This document shows, in pieces, positions 34,443-46,603 of a stretch of 64,000 nt of DNA (position 1 is its first letter; every line of letters begins with the position of its first letter). This DNA is from Auanema rhodensis (lineage: Eukaryota; Animalia; Nematoda). The notes below the pieces were generated by a model. That model was given only the letters and a program-made list of their open reading frames with translations, made no database searches and was not told the DNA's origin. The position numbers and the translations under genes are program-made. Location of the stretch: positions 8,742,001-8,806,000 of the forward strand of contig OZ059894.1 of the NCBI GenBank assembly GCA_964057225.1, written 5' to 3'.

Positions 34443-36624
34443 TTATAATCAGATTTGTGTTTCTAGCTGGCTTTAAAGGGAACCACACCCTGGCAATTCC
34501 AGCTTTCTTAGACGTACTGTTCAAAGCTAACAAGAAGTAGATGAAAGAAAATATATGTAGACCGACTATTGCGTTTAGATGAATAGGTTTTGAGGAAATA
34601 AAATCAGAAGTTCAATGTACGATACACAACGAACAAGAAGATTTGCCAGTATATGTGGGCTTGACTTTGGAAAAAGGATAAGACGACAGACTCAAGGAGA
34701 CATAAACCTCTCCCCCCCCCCTAAGGGCGTGTTGCTGTTCTGTTCGAAATATCCGTATGACTGAATTTGACTTATTTCAAGTAATGTATAAAGAATAAAG
34801 TTCAAAGAAACATTATAAATGAATAACACAGAATGTAACTGTTTGAGGAAAATATCGAATGAACCAAACGTTACAACAGCAATGTTGCTGCTGTAAGCAC
34901 TCCTCGTTCAGTCAGCCAAATGAAACATATCAACAACTTCAAACACATATTTCTAATTCTCATGACCTCGAAATTCCATTTTTTTGCCAAATATATTTCC
35001 TTGTTGTTTATTTATTGCAATATAAACAATAACTGTATGAGGATTACAAGGAATATATCTTGAACTATTGAGGAAGTCAGTTCAAATCGTGGCTAGTTTG
35101 ACCATGAATACTAAATGATGAGTTGTATCTTTTACATGTTTCTCGTCATCTATCCCTTGTTGCCTCTCTTGTTCTCTTGGAATATTTTTATTTCTGTTCT
35201 CTATACTGATCTTTCATTCTTCGTAATTCTCTGTGAAATGTTTGACACACAGAACATATCAGATTGAATTGGTTTGTCATCAAAATGTTCCATCTGACTA
35301 ATCTGTTAAAAAGCTTTTCAAGCAAGACTTTCATCTATTTATAATCTTCAAATGAGAATAACTAACTATTGAAAAGCTATTGCATGAATACAAAGTTATT
35401 TCTTATACAACCATATAGTATACATCTTAGAACTTAGAACATAGGTTAAACAACATCTGTACAACTCGTCATACCCTCCGCCCAGCCTCCCCCTTAACCT
35501 TCTTAACTCACGCTCTCCTATATTTATCATCTATACACAAGGCATAAGTTAAGAATAGTTAGTTTTTTCAGTCAAATAATGCAATGCCAAATTTCTTCTT
35601 TTAAAAATTGTTTCGTTAAGAAGCACAACTATGCAAATATCGTATTGTAGGCATAGCTTTTCAGTACACTCGTATTTATAGTTTTCTCAACTATTCGTTT
35701 CGAAATATCTTTTTTTGCTGCCGATAAAGGAGAAAAAAACCTTTTTGGAATTCTATATATCTATAGCAATCGTTCTAACAAACAAACATTATGATTTATA
35801 TGTATCATATAACACTAACAGTTAGCATAAATACAGTACAATTGTTGCTTATACTACTATAGCCAAATAACACAAATGTAAAGCTTTATGATCTCAAAGA
35901 AACATTGTGAATACATTGTTTTCAACTATGAAATTGAAATTTTTTATTCATATTCTCATGAAAACCTTCATGAGCTTGTCAGTTTTTATCGAGAAAAAAG
36001 TTTCACAACCGCCCATTTGCCAATCAAGAAATGAAATGAAATTCCAATTTCACGTGGAAAGGGGGTGGGATGCGTGAAATAGGTGACGTGACGATAAGTT
36101 AGCTAGTAAAGTATCACATATTCGATCATTTTCAAACATTCTTGCCTCATTCAGTTGGAAAAGAAAAAAAACCTTTCCGCTTCCTTATCTAAACAATCCA
36201 GTTTCCAGTTGAAGCAAAGGTAGTGAAAACGCGGCAATTGCTTGCATGTAGCTATTCAAGTCAAAATGCTTTTCGTTTTTAAGCAAAAATGCTGATATCT
36301 TATGAAGCCTTAGCAGTTTTCTCAGTTTTCAACAACAGTTTTACATTCTGGCTATTAGTTAATAGTTGAGAAAAAGAAGATAAATACTGATCTTTAACAT
36401 TACAAATGCTATTTTCAGGCCAATACACGTGTACAGATTCTTATGTATACATGTATATACATATACATACATCTATATATCAGTTTACAGATAAATTCTG
36501 ATATCATATCAGTAGTTCAAATTGATTCAAAAGAAAATTTATCGATTTGTTGATTTTTGGATTGACTTCAATACAGATAATACTTAAAAACAATCATTTT
36601 TTTGCTTGTTTTTTAGCGAAGAAA

Positions 36625-36627
<3 letters not shown>

Positions 36628-36657
<30 letters not shown>
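36628..36657. repeat. (GA)n microsatellite
   Basis: Direct observation. Confidence 0.95.
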
Positions 36658-36659
<2 letters not shown>

Positions 36660-38718
36660 AAGAAACTGACAAGCGAACCAGATAGGCTTTTAGATTGTTC
36701 ATCTGCGGCTTTTTTGTGGGTCGAAAGAGCTCTCAATTATATTTTGATTTGTTTAGAAAAATAAAAAAAAAACATGAAAGCTGGTTAATTGAAATCCATT
36801 AAATAGAACTGCTATCTATCTAGGCTCTCAGTTGATATAAGTCAATTTGGAAGCTTATTCTTCTTCTTAGGTTTTTTTGTAAATAAAAATAATAAACTAA
36901 TTGATTATTTAAGAAGGATTACGACTTTGACTTCGAAACTAGATTCAATGACCTGTGTTGCGATTTCGAACAATCCACAATTCAGCTGAAGAGAACCACT
37001 TTTGACCTTGTTGATCATGGTTCAAGCTTATACATCAAGCCTTACACATGCAAGTTCTACCCCAACACTTCATATTTCAAAAGATAAGGCAATTCCATTT
37101 CGAAGCGTTGAAATTGAAAAAAAAATATTTTTGGTAGCCTTGTTCCGTAGTTTTTGTTAGTTCTTCTGATGAATTGTGTGCATTGACAAAAATAAATAAA
37201 TGACCAGCTGGTATAGATGCTGCTCGACTTCGGCTATGCTCGCCTACATCATCGGTGCTCCTCCGTTTTCATGTGCTAGCTAACGCACTCTCGGTCTTTT
37301 ATTTTCGTTCTCAATCTTCATCTTAACCTCACAAAGATCGTATGAAATAGCCTCGAGGCAAATATTAAAAACTTCAAGTCTCTCTCTCTCTCTCTATCTA
37401 TCTATCTACCCTCTCTCTTTTTCTTTCTCTTAGCTTCGTATTGTTTCAAGCGTAGCATGATCGATTTGTTGTAACCTTTCGATGATTTACCTCTTGAGAG
37501 ACTGCCACAATTCTTGTTTTACAGTTTGAAAAAAGTGTCAATTCTTCAAGCTTTCTCAAGCCATAAAGATTCATGTAGCACAAATTGAGAACAACCAAAC
37601 CAAGCTGATAGGTTACAAAAAAAAGTTGAATTCATAAGTGGTATGTAAGATCAAGGCGATTCAGTAAGCATTATCTATTCACATCAACAAACAATTGTCC
37701 AAAACTTTAATATCATTCATCTATTTCGTTTCTGTCTCATCATTCATTATGCTTCAAGTTTCAAGTTTTTGAGGAAATGGCATGAGAATCAACTTTTGAC
37801 CATAGAACCACATTCAAGAAAGACCTTGAAGCGCCAGAAGCTCGTCTCAAGGCCAAGCTCAAATTTTGATAACTGTGTCCTACAGCCAAGTAAAATAATG
37901 ATTTGAAGTTATTTCTTCATTTTCATTTTGTCTGTTGGAATGGACGAAAAAATCTACGGCTGAGCTTCAAAGATGATGGTGATGATGAACAGGAAATTCA
38001 TTGAAAAGCGTGAAAAAGATTAGACATTTGCACAAAAGACAGGAATTCTTAGTCCATTTCAGGAAACAGGAACCGTTTTTGCTTTTTTACTATATTCCGG
38101 CACAAGACGGGCAGTGGACCGTTTCTATTAAACCGCATAATCTGGGGAAAATACAGAAATGAAAATCGGAAAAAAGCGTTAGAAATAGAAAGAGAACGAA
38201 AACGAAAGAGAGATGATAGCTAATGTATAGAGAATTGGTTGAAAAATGTTAAAAAAGAGCGAGGCCGCTAATTATTTATCTGACCTTGTACTCAATTAAT
38301 GCAAATAGTTTTTAAAGTAGGTGCTGCCGATCAGCAGTTCCTCAGATTATTCACAGGAGCTACAATAGATCAAAAGCTTGTGTGTACATTAACAGCTAAT
38401 GTTCTATATAACAGTCACGTTTCTTTCAAAAAATCTCATCTTCATTGAATTATTGAAAAAATACATTAAATGCCTTGTTTGACAGTTGGTCTGATATCAA
38501 GTGAAGAGAATGGGGTCGAGCCATAATTAGTAAAAAGTAAAAAAAAATTGTTTGATGACCACCTTTTTACTGACGATTAAGTTAAAACGTAGAGATTTAA
38601 AATTTTATAAAAATGAGATAAAAACTGCATAGTTAGTATAAAAAATATCGTAAATAATGGAAATAAAATATATTTTAAAAGAAATAAAAAAAAAAAAGAA
38701 TAAAATTGATCTGCTTAC

Positions 38719-38736
38719 CGTTCTTTCTTCGTTCAT
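38719..38736 (-). CDS. Candidate alternative first coding exon (MNEERT) of the WDR62/MAPKBP1 gene
   Basis: aaaATG AAC GAA GAA AGA ACG|gtaagc has a good start context and a consensus donor in phase 0, compatible with the exon beginning AKLQLVLG at ~32213. Confidence 0.5.
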
Positions 38737-39809
38737 TTTAGGTTTAGAATAATGAATAAATAGCTATTAATCGATGAAATAATAGAAGTTTAGATAGTCA
38801 TTGATAGTGATAGTCTTGAATCCTTTCGTGAAGATTACCAAACACAAAAAAGTAGATTTTGTCGTTGTCGGGAGATTTGTTGAAGACTGACCGCACGGCC
38901 GGAGGGTGAGCTGGAAAAATGGCGGCTGGTTGACTGGGGGTCTCACCTACAGACACCTTGACAGCAAGGCAAGATATCAATACGATTGAAGAGAAACAGA
39001 CAAACAAAGAAATATTCGAATGTGTACAGTAGAATGAGAGAAGATGAGAAGCACAGAACATACAAAGCCACTACACACGTACGGAGTGAAAGAGAGGGTG
39101 AGATGAGAAAGAGCATCAGCGAGAGAAAAATGCTATGAAGCATCTATCTCTCTCTCTCTCTCTCTGTATCTAATTCTTTCAGGGAATTTAGTTTGTATTT
39201 AGCTGTTGTAACCAAAGTTAAGTATATAATGTCTCTATAGTTACATATACAAGAGTACAAGATGTAAAAAAGGAAATTAACAACTATGAATAGTTAGTAA
39301 ACACATTTTTTCAATTTTTTTTGAACATCTGAACCTTGTTGACACGTATTTAGTTTGCTTGCAAGCAATACAATGACATATGTATACATGTTTCAACAAG
39401 GAAAACAATATTTTCATTGAAAAGCCGATAGAGTAGAAGTAGAGAGGTAATGCCAAAGAGAGAGAAAGAAATGCATATATATAAAGAGAGAGAGAGAGAG
39501 AGAAAGAAAGAAAACAAGAGAAAGGCGAACGGGTAAAAAGGAAAGTAGACTGAAACTTTCAACTATAGCCAGTAGTGGTGGTCTAATTATCAAATATAGA
39601 ATTAGGAAACAGAAAAAAAACTGATAACAGTACCTGATAAAAGTGAAAACATAAATAAATAACTGAGAAAACGAGATAGTCCTAAGAATGACCGGAAATT
39701 AAAAAAAAAGGAAAAAGAACCTGGCAGGAAAAAAACTGTTTTTCACTCTCGGGTTTTTACAGTTTAAAAAGATTAAATTGAGACGAGTGAGATTGAGAGA
39801 GAAATGGAA

Positions 39810-39825
39810 AGAGAGAGAGAGGGAA

Positions 39826-39884
<59 letters not shown>
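39810..39884. repeat. Imperfect (GA)n microsatellite
   Basis: Direct observation. Confidence 0.9.
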
Positions 39885-41490
39885 AAAGAGAAGGGTCGAA
39901 GAAATTCAAAAGAAGAAATAAAAAGATAAAATTAAGAAAACCGAGTATGACCAAAAAGTTTCTGACATGCAAAAGATAGAAAACGAAGGATTGAAAGCTT
40001 GTTTCTTTGCACATGATGGCAGAGTGCAAACAGTAGTTAAGATTAATTGATAAAAGAAACTTCTTTATGATAATATGAAAGTTAGATGATAAAGTATTAG
40101 TGATCAACTCTATAAATATTTTTCTTATTGATATGAAGAATACGAATGAATAGTTTGAGTTTAATCAAGCGGATTATAAGGTAAAGACGATTGAGATGGA
40201 GGTAAAACCTGATTAACACACATGAAATTGACAGTCTTTATGGTAAATTTACCGAATTTCATCGACTTAAATTTATCATAAAGCAAATAAATGTTAGATA
40301 TGTTCGGTAAATGATGAAGAGAACACGCTGACAATATATTATTAGAAAAGGGCATCATCTTCTACTTTGTTAGTTTGATGTCATGTACCTCTTCAAAACT
40401 ATTTCAAAATTCTATTCAATTGTCGACAATTAAAAAATGAAAAAAAAAAGTTTTTCTGAGGTCTTACTTTTTGCCAAAATTATACAAAAATCGGGACGAT
40501 TGAGTGAAGTAGTGTATGGAACAATGAACGATTAGCTATCTAACCTTTGCGTCTATAATGACTCAAAGAATATATATTTTTTGTGTGTTGGGGAAGCGAA
40601 AGATGATGGAAAAACACAGGTGAGAAACATCCGATGTAGTCATCTTCATAGCTGACTGAGTGTTGGAACGTCTCTCGTTTGCGCCTTCTAGATTGTATGT
40701 ATATCCCATGACGTCATCAGATGTGCTAGTCTAGTCGATTCACGCCACACATCATTTCGTTATTATTTGAATTGGAGGCAGAAAAATACTGATTTACCGT
40801 TTTTTTCGTATCAGATTTTCATGGAAGTGAATTGAAAACAAAAGCGGATCGCTTGAAACCTGTTCAAGATTTGCGCTCTCAAGACGAGAATGAGCTACAG
40901 CATGAAGCTGAGAATCATCTGCCAATTGTGGGTATTATATGGCTCAATTACATATAAACCTCTTTCACAAAGTATTTATGAATCAAATTCTTTGAATAAG
41001 AAGAGAAAAAAGCAATAAATTGCAACGAAAAAACGAAATCAACAAGAATAATAGGAAAAGAGAACGTGTTCGAATGAATAACAGTCATGATGATGAAGTA
41101 AAATGAAAAAGAAATAGTTGAAGTGTTCATCTAACAAAGATTATAATATTATTCTATTTATTTATATAATTATAAATAAATAAATAAGTTTGAAAATTCA
41201 TTAATCAGTATGGCAATTCTTCAAATTGTTGAATAAAAATTCTGAAGAAGGAACACAGCAATAACGAGCGTCATTTAGAACATAAATGAACAAAAAAAAT
41301 TGGAGTTTAATAGATAGAGATAGACAATATTTATTTAATTTTTGTTTATGTATGATATCAACAAAAGACAAAAGAATTGACTTTTTTTCTTTTTTTCTAT
41401 CATTCATACAATAATATATCGATATAGTATACTCTATCCTGTACTATATCCTCCTCTAATTAATACTCTCTTCCTCTATTCCACCTTTCT

Positions 41491-41494
<4 letters not shown>

Positions 41495-41530
<36 letters not shown>
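41495..41530. repeat. (CT)n microsatellite
   Basis: Direct observation. Confidence 0.95.
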
Positions 41531-41535
<5 letters not shown>

Positions 41536-43228
41536 TCCTTGCATTCCTTCTTCTTCTTCTCCTTCTCCTTCTTCTTCTTCGTCTTCTTTTTCTTTTCCTA
41601 ACCCCTCTCCCCCCCACCCATATTGTTGTCAATTAGCGGCACATACTATCATTTACGAGGTTGACCTTGTTCATCTTTACTATAATAACCAAGTGTCCAT
41701 TTATGGACAGTAGACTGACTTTCTTTTCTTTTTTCGTCGTTCTGAAGACCTTTACCGAATGAGATATATAGAATTGAGAAGACATGCAAATGAAAACACA
41801 TATGATGAGGTAAGTCAGATAATATTTCTCTTAGATAGAACATACAGTGAGAGATTGGTTAGAGTTATACGAGTTAAATGAATATGATAGTAATCTTTGT
41901 GTCATCAGGCGAGAAGAGTCTAGAAGACTCACTGATGCAAGAAGTCAATGTGAGGTGGATAACATTGGCTAGAAAGGTGACAAAATGGATGAGACAGATC
42001 AGTGAGTGAGTGTATGAAGTAAGATACTGTTTTAGTTTCTGTGAGGATATTGTACTAACATACTGAACATCGATGAAACACCTGGTCACAGATGGGTATA
42101 TAGCAGCTCGATCATCCAATTTGTACGCACTAACTATATACTATACATGAATATTATGGATATAGTATGTTAAACTATCCGTAATATCCTGAATATTGCA
42201 TGAGAAAATCAAAGTAGATGAATATAGAACTGACGTCAATCGCCGATAAGCAGTTAAAACGATTTTTTCAACAATATCTTCACATGTAACTAACAATCGC
42301 ATAGTATACTTTTGAATGTTTATACGAACAAAACAAAAAAAAAGAAGAAGAAGAAAGAACTTTAACCTATTTCATATTGAACACCGGATACATGGCCATT
42401 GTTCATTCGTAATGTACAAAATGGATTCGAAATCGTCTTCATTTATTACAGAAAACGTTCCTTTTAGTTGGAAAATTAGTTGAAAATTTTCAAAGACAAA
42501 ATAAAATTAGATTATCTTTTCAAACTATTGAGGTTGGAACAATTTTTCAGTTCCAATGATATCGAGACGAGGTAATGGGACAGGTTTGGCTGCCAGTTAG
42601 GCATGATAAAAAGGAAAAAAAAATTAAAAAAGAAAAATATTATGGACAGAAGCAAAGATGAGAAATTAAAATTTAAAACGTTAGATAGCTTTCAGTTCAA
42701 ACTAGCTAGTTGCATAGTTCTCAAACACTCAGAAGTTCACATGAAAGAAACTCCCTGAGGCCAGAGGGGGATGTGCTGCTAGAAAAAGAGAGAAAGATAG
42801 TTATAGAAAACGTTGAATGATGGACGGCGTGGAGGAGAGGCAGAGTAACAAAACCGGATTTATATGGATATAAGTATAAAAATACATATGTAGATGGAAG
42901 AGGAGGAAGAAGAGAAAACATAGAGAGATTCTGACATTACTACAATCAACCATATATGGTTTTAAGAGGATGATACTAAGCCGCATTTTGAATGAGGGTC
43001 CTTATAGAATATGTGGCTTGTTGCCTTTCATAGGTTATATCAAGTATTATATATATATAATATAATAGTAATAGATAAAGGTAAGTAACATCAGAAAAAG
43101 AGAAATAATGAAAAAGTTTGATGATGAAAGATAAAAACATAAACACATATTTGTTGGTAATCATTGATAGTACAAAAACGATTGGTAATTGATGCACAAT
43201 AGACAGTAACGAGATCAACAAGAAAGAA

Positions 43229-43246
43229 GAGAGAGAGAGAGAAAGT

Positions 43247-43296
<50 letters not shown>
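43229..43296. repeat. Imperfect (GA)n microsatellite
   Basis: Direct observation. Confidence 0.9.
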
Positions 43297-43297
<1 letters not shown>

Positions 43298-43882
43298 GGA
43301 AAGAGTGTATGTGTACTACTGTGTTTGAAAAAATAACGCAAACAGACTCCTTTATTTGATCTAATAACCATTAATTATATAAATTTATTAATTTTTCAAA
43401 GGGAGAGGGACGCTCATGAGACGTCACGTATACATTACACGTAAAATGTTTTATTTTAGTTTTTAAAAATATTAAGTAGGGTTGGTTCCGCTGTTCAATG
43501 CTTGCGAGTAACGTAATTTAATTAATTTCTACAAAAAAAAAGTTTTCATTTGAAGTAAATTTTTCTGAATATGAATAAGAATTTTAAAATAAAAATAGAA
43601 TAATGATGAATACTTGATATGATAATTGAAATTCGTTATGATGATTCAGATAAGCAACTTTCTTAATGTATGAATTTTTAATTGAATCATCAGGAAGAAA
43701 AATACAGAGTGTATGTTTCACTAATTCTTCTTATTCGTTTTCACTTACTAAATTCGATTTTGTCCATGTCGAGAAAAAATATAATCAGTTGATCTAAAAC
43801 ATTGTACAATTTCACTTAAGAACTGTTTCTTTCTTGAATTTGTAAAATATTGAATGTTACTTCCAATCTCAGCACTTTTAGG

Positions 43883-43886
<4 letters not shown>

Positions 43887-43935
<49 letters not shown>
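43887..43935. repeat. (GA)n microsatellite
   Basis: Direct observation. Confidence 0.95.
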
Positions 43936-43939
<4 letters not shown>

Positions 43940-45685
43940 AAGGTGGGGGGAGGGGGAAGAGGAGTAAAGGGAAGTTGAATATAATAAATAAAAATTAAAT
44001 TGAATATCCATTAATTCACAACAATGATGATGTTGAATATCATTTTCAACAAAAATTCAATATCAACATGTCAAAATCAGCTTTTTTTTTTATTTTAAAG
44101 CATATGAAGCTATCTATACATATATTACAATCAGGTATATACATACATGTAAATCTATAATATTTATTCAAAAACAAATAAATAAATAAAAATATTTAAA
44201 TATATTTGTTTCAAATATGTTTTGTTTGTTTCCTCAAAAAAATTCCAAGAAAAAAGATTTTTGTTTTCAAAAAAAAAAAAAAATTTACTTAATTAATTGA
44301 TTGAAATAATATTATTATCTATATCTAATATTTATTTATATAAATATAATATATAATATATATTGGTCATTTGCACTGTTTGAGGACAATATTTGTATGT
44401 GACTGGTGCATATGATGTGTGTATATGTGTGCATTTACAATACATAATCGATCCGTTATCATCCAATACCATCCATTATAAAGCATTTTGAGAAGAATAT
44501 TTGTTTCTACATAAGCTTAACAAGCTACATCATCTTTAATTTTTATTTTTTTTTTCAAATAATAATAAATTGAATCATAGAATGAATGAAATATATTAAG
44601 ATGTAAATCTTTCAATTAGTTAAATCTACATGTATTTATATATTTAAATTTAAATAATTTATAAGATTATACTAAACAATAATCAATAAATTAATTTTTT
44701 TTTACAGAAAATCACAAAAATTCATTCTTACATGTACGTTGTTAATTATGAAACTTTTTTTTTTGATTAAAATAGTTATATGAATCATTTTAATTTGGTT
44801 CTCTTATCTACTTATTATGATATGACATTAGCTTATGAGTTAGTAATACATAATATTGACTTAATTATAATTTTATTTTATATTTTTCTTCTTTTTTTTT
44901 ATAATTTATATTAAATTACATATATTATAATAATAATTATATTATTCTTTTAAACAAACTTTCTTCATGTAAGACATTGTGACTAAAATACAAATCTACT
45001 TTGAATGATCTAGTTGTTCACTCATCTTTCCTATACATCTATGCCTCTTCAATCATTTCTTTAACTTCTGAATATATAATTTCTTCTTTAACTTATCTAA
45101 ATAGTTTTCGTTTATCATACAACAATCCGGTTATTTATGTGGTGAAACTATTCAATGTTTACCGTCATTACCATTGATTTTCATAACAATCTTGATTAGA
45201 ACATGAAGCTAAATGTTGTATTTGATGATTGAACTGAGTAGAGAGATGTGTCGATGTGTAAACGACACACACACACAACAACATCAGCAGTAATTCTTTT
45301 AGAACATGCTGGATTTACATTCAAAAATCCTTTCCAGTTCACTATCCTCAGGTCAAACGAAGATTTTCAACCCCATCATCATTCGATCCACATATTTTTT
45401 TTTATTCTGATCGTTATATACATCTATGCATGTATCTTGAATACTATCACATACGCACTTCTCTCTTCTCAAAATGATTCATTCATGCTTTGTGTTCTCT
45501 TTTTGCCCCATGATTTTTCGTTTTCTCCTTAAGGTTACAAATTTCTAACCATCTTCGTCTATTGTTTGATATTTCAATGTGATATTTGAGTCCATAGGTC
45601 GTAATTCAAATTGTTTCTTTCATATCTCTATTCTGAAAGATATTCCTTTTTCTCCTCAATCTCTCTTTATTTCTCCCTCTTCCTG

Positions 45686-45691
<6 letters not shown>

Positions 45692-45724
<33 letters not shown>
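45692..45724. repeat. (CT)n microsatellite
   Basis: Direct observation. Confidence 0.95.
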
Positions 45725-45728
<4 letters not shown>

Positions 45729-46050
45729 CCTCTTTATCACTCATTTTTCAAAACAATTGAATGAATGAAAAAGAAAAAACATATGAAGACTAATTGAGGA
45801 TGAATTTTTTTCTAAATACTTAGATGAACCCTTTCCTTCTTCTTCATCATTTTCTATATATACTATTTACAGTTGAAAATTGCTCTCATAATAACTTCAT
45901 TTTACAGTTATCACATGGATAATATGTTCTGATAATATTTCTTTTATACTAAACTCTTTATTATTCCATTTTATTATTTCAGTCGTACATCAGCATTTTC
46001 TCAGCACTTCTCTTTCCTTTTGTGATATCACACTTCATGCTTGTGTCTCA

Positions 46051-46063
46051 TCTCTCTCTCTCT

Positions 46064-46098
<35 letters not shown>
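46051..46098. repeat. Interrupted (CT)n microsatellite
   Basis: Direct observation. Confidence 0.9.
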
Positions 46099-46102
<4 letters not shown>

Positions 46103-46603
46103 CCATGTATGTGCACAAAATCAATCATTGACTAGACTATTCAGTTATACCAAAATCCATATAATTTATATTTTGATTAATCCACTATTATATATTTTCT
46201 ATTTACTATCGTTTATTCGTCATTACTTTTTTTATATTTTTATATTTTTAAATATTAATTTCCTATAGATCATGAGTGTAAAATTCAAATTCAACTATGT
46301 TTTCTGTTCAAACATGTTTCAAACTATGTTTGAGATCTTGAACAGATTATAAGAATTACTTTACTATAAGATATTTTTTTATTTCAAACTTACCAAGGTC
46401 CAGCTGTCTGGTAACCTTCATCCTTCATAATTACTCTTTTTTTTATAAAAATTTTTGATTCTACTGAAATGATTTCAAGGACCGTTTGCACTATTTGGGA
46501 TTTACTTTGTTTCATCTGCTATTAGCTTACTTGTTTTTCCTTCATTTGAAACTAAAAAACAGCCAAATCTCTTGATTATATTTTCTCTGTTAAGTTACAA
46601 ATC

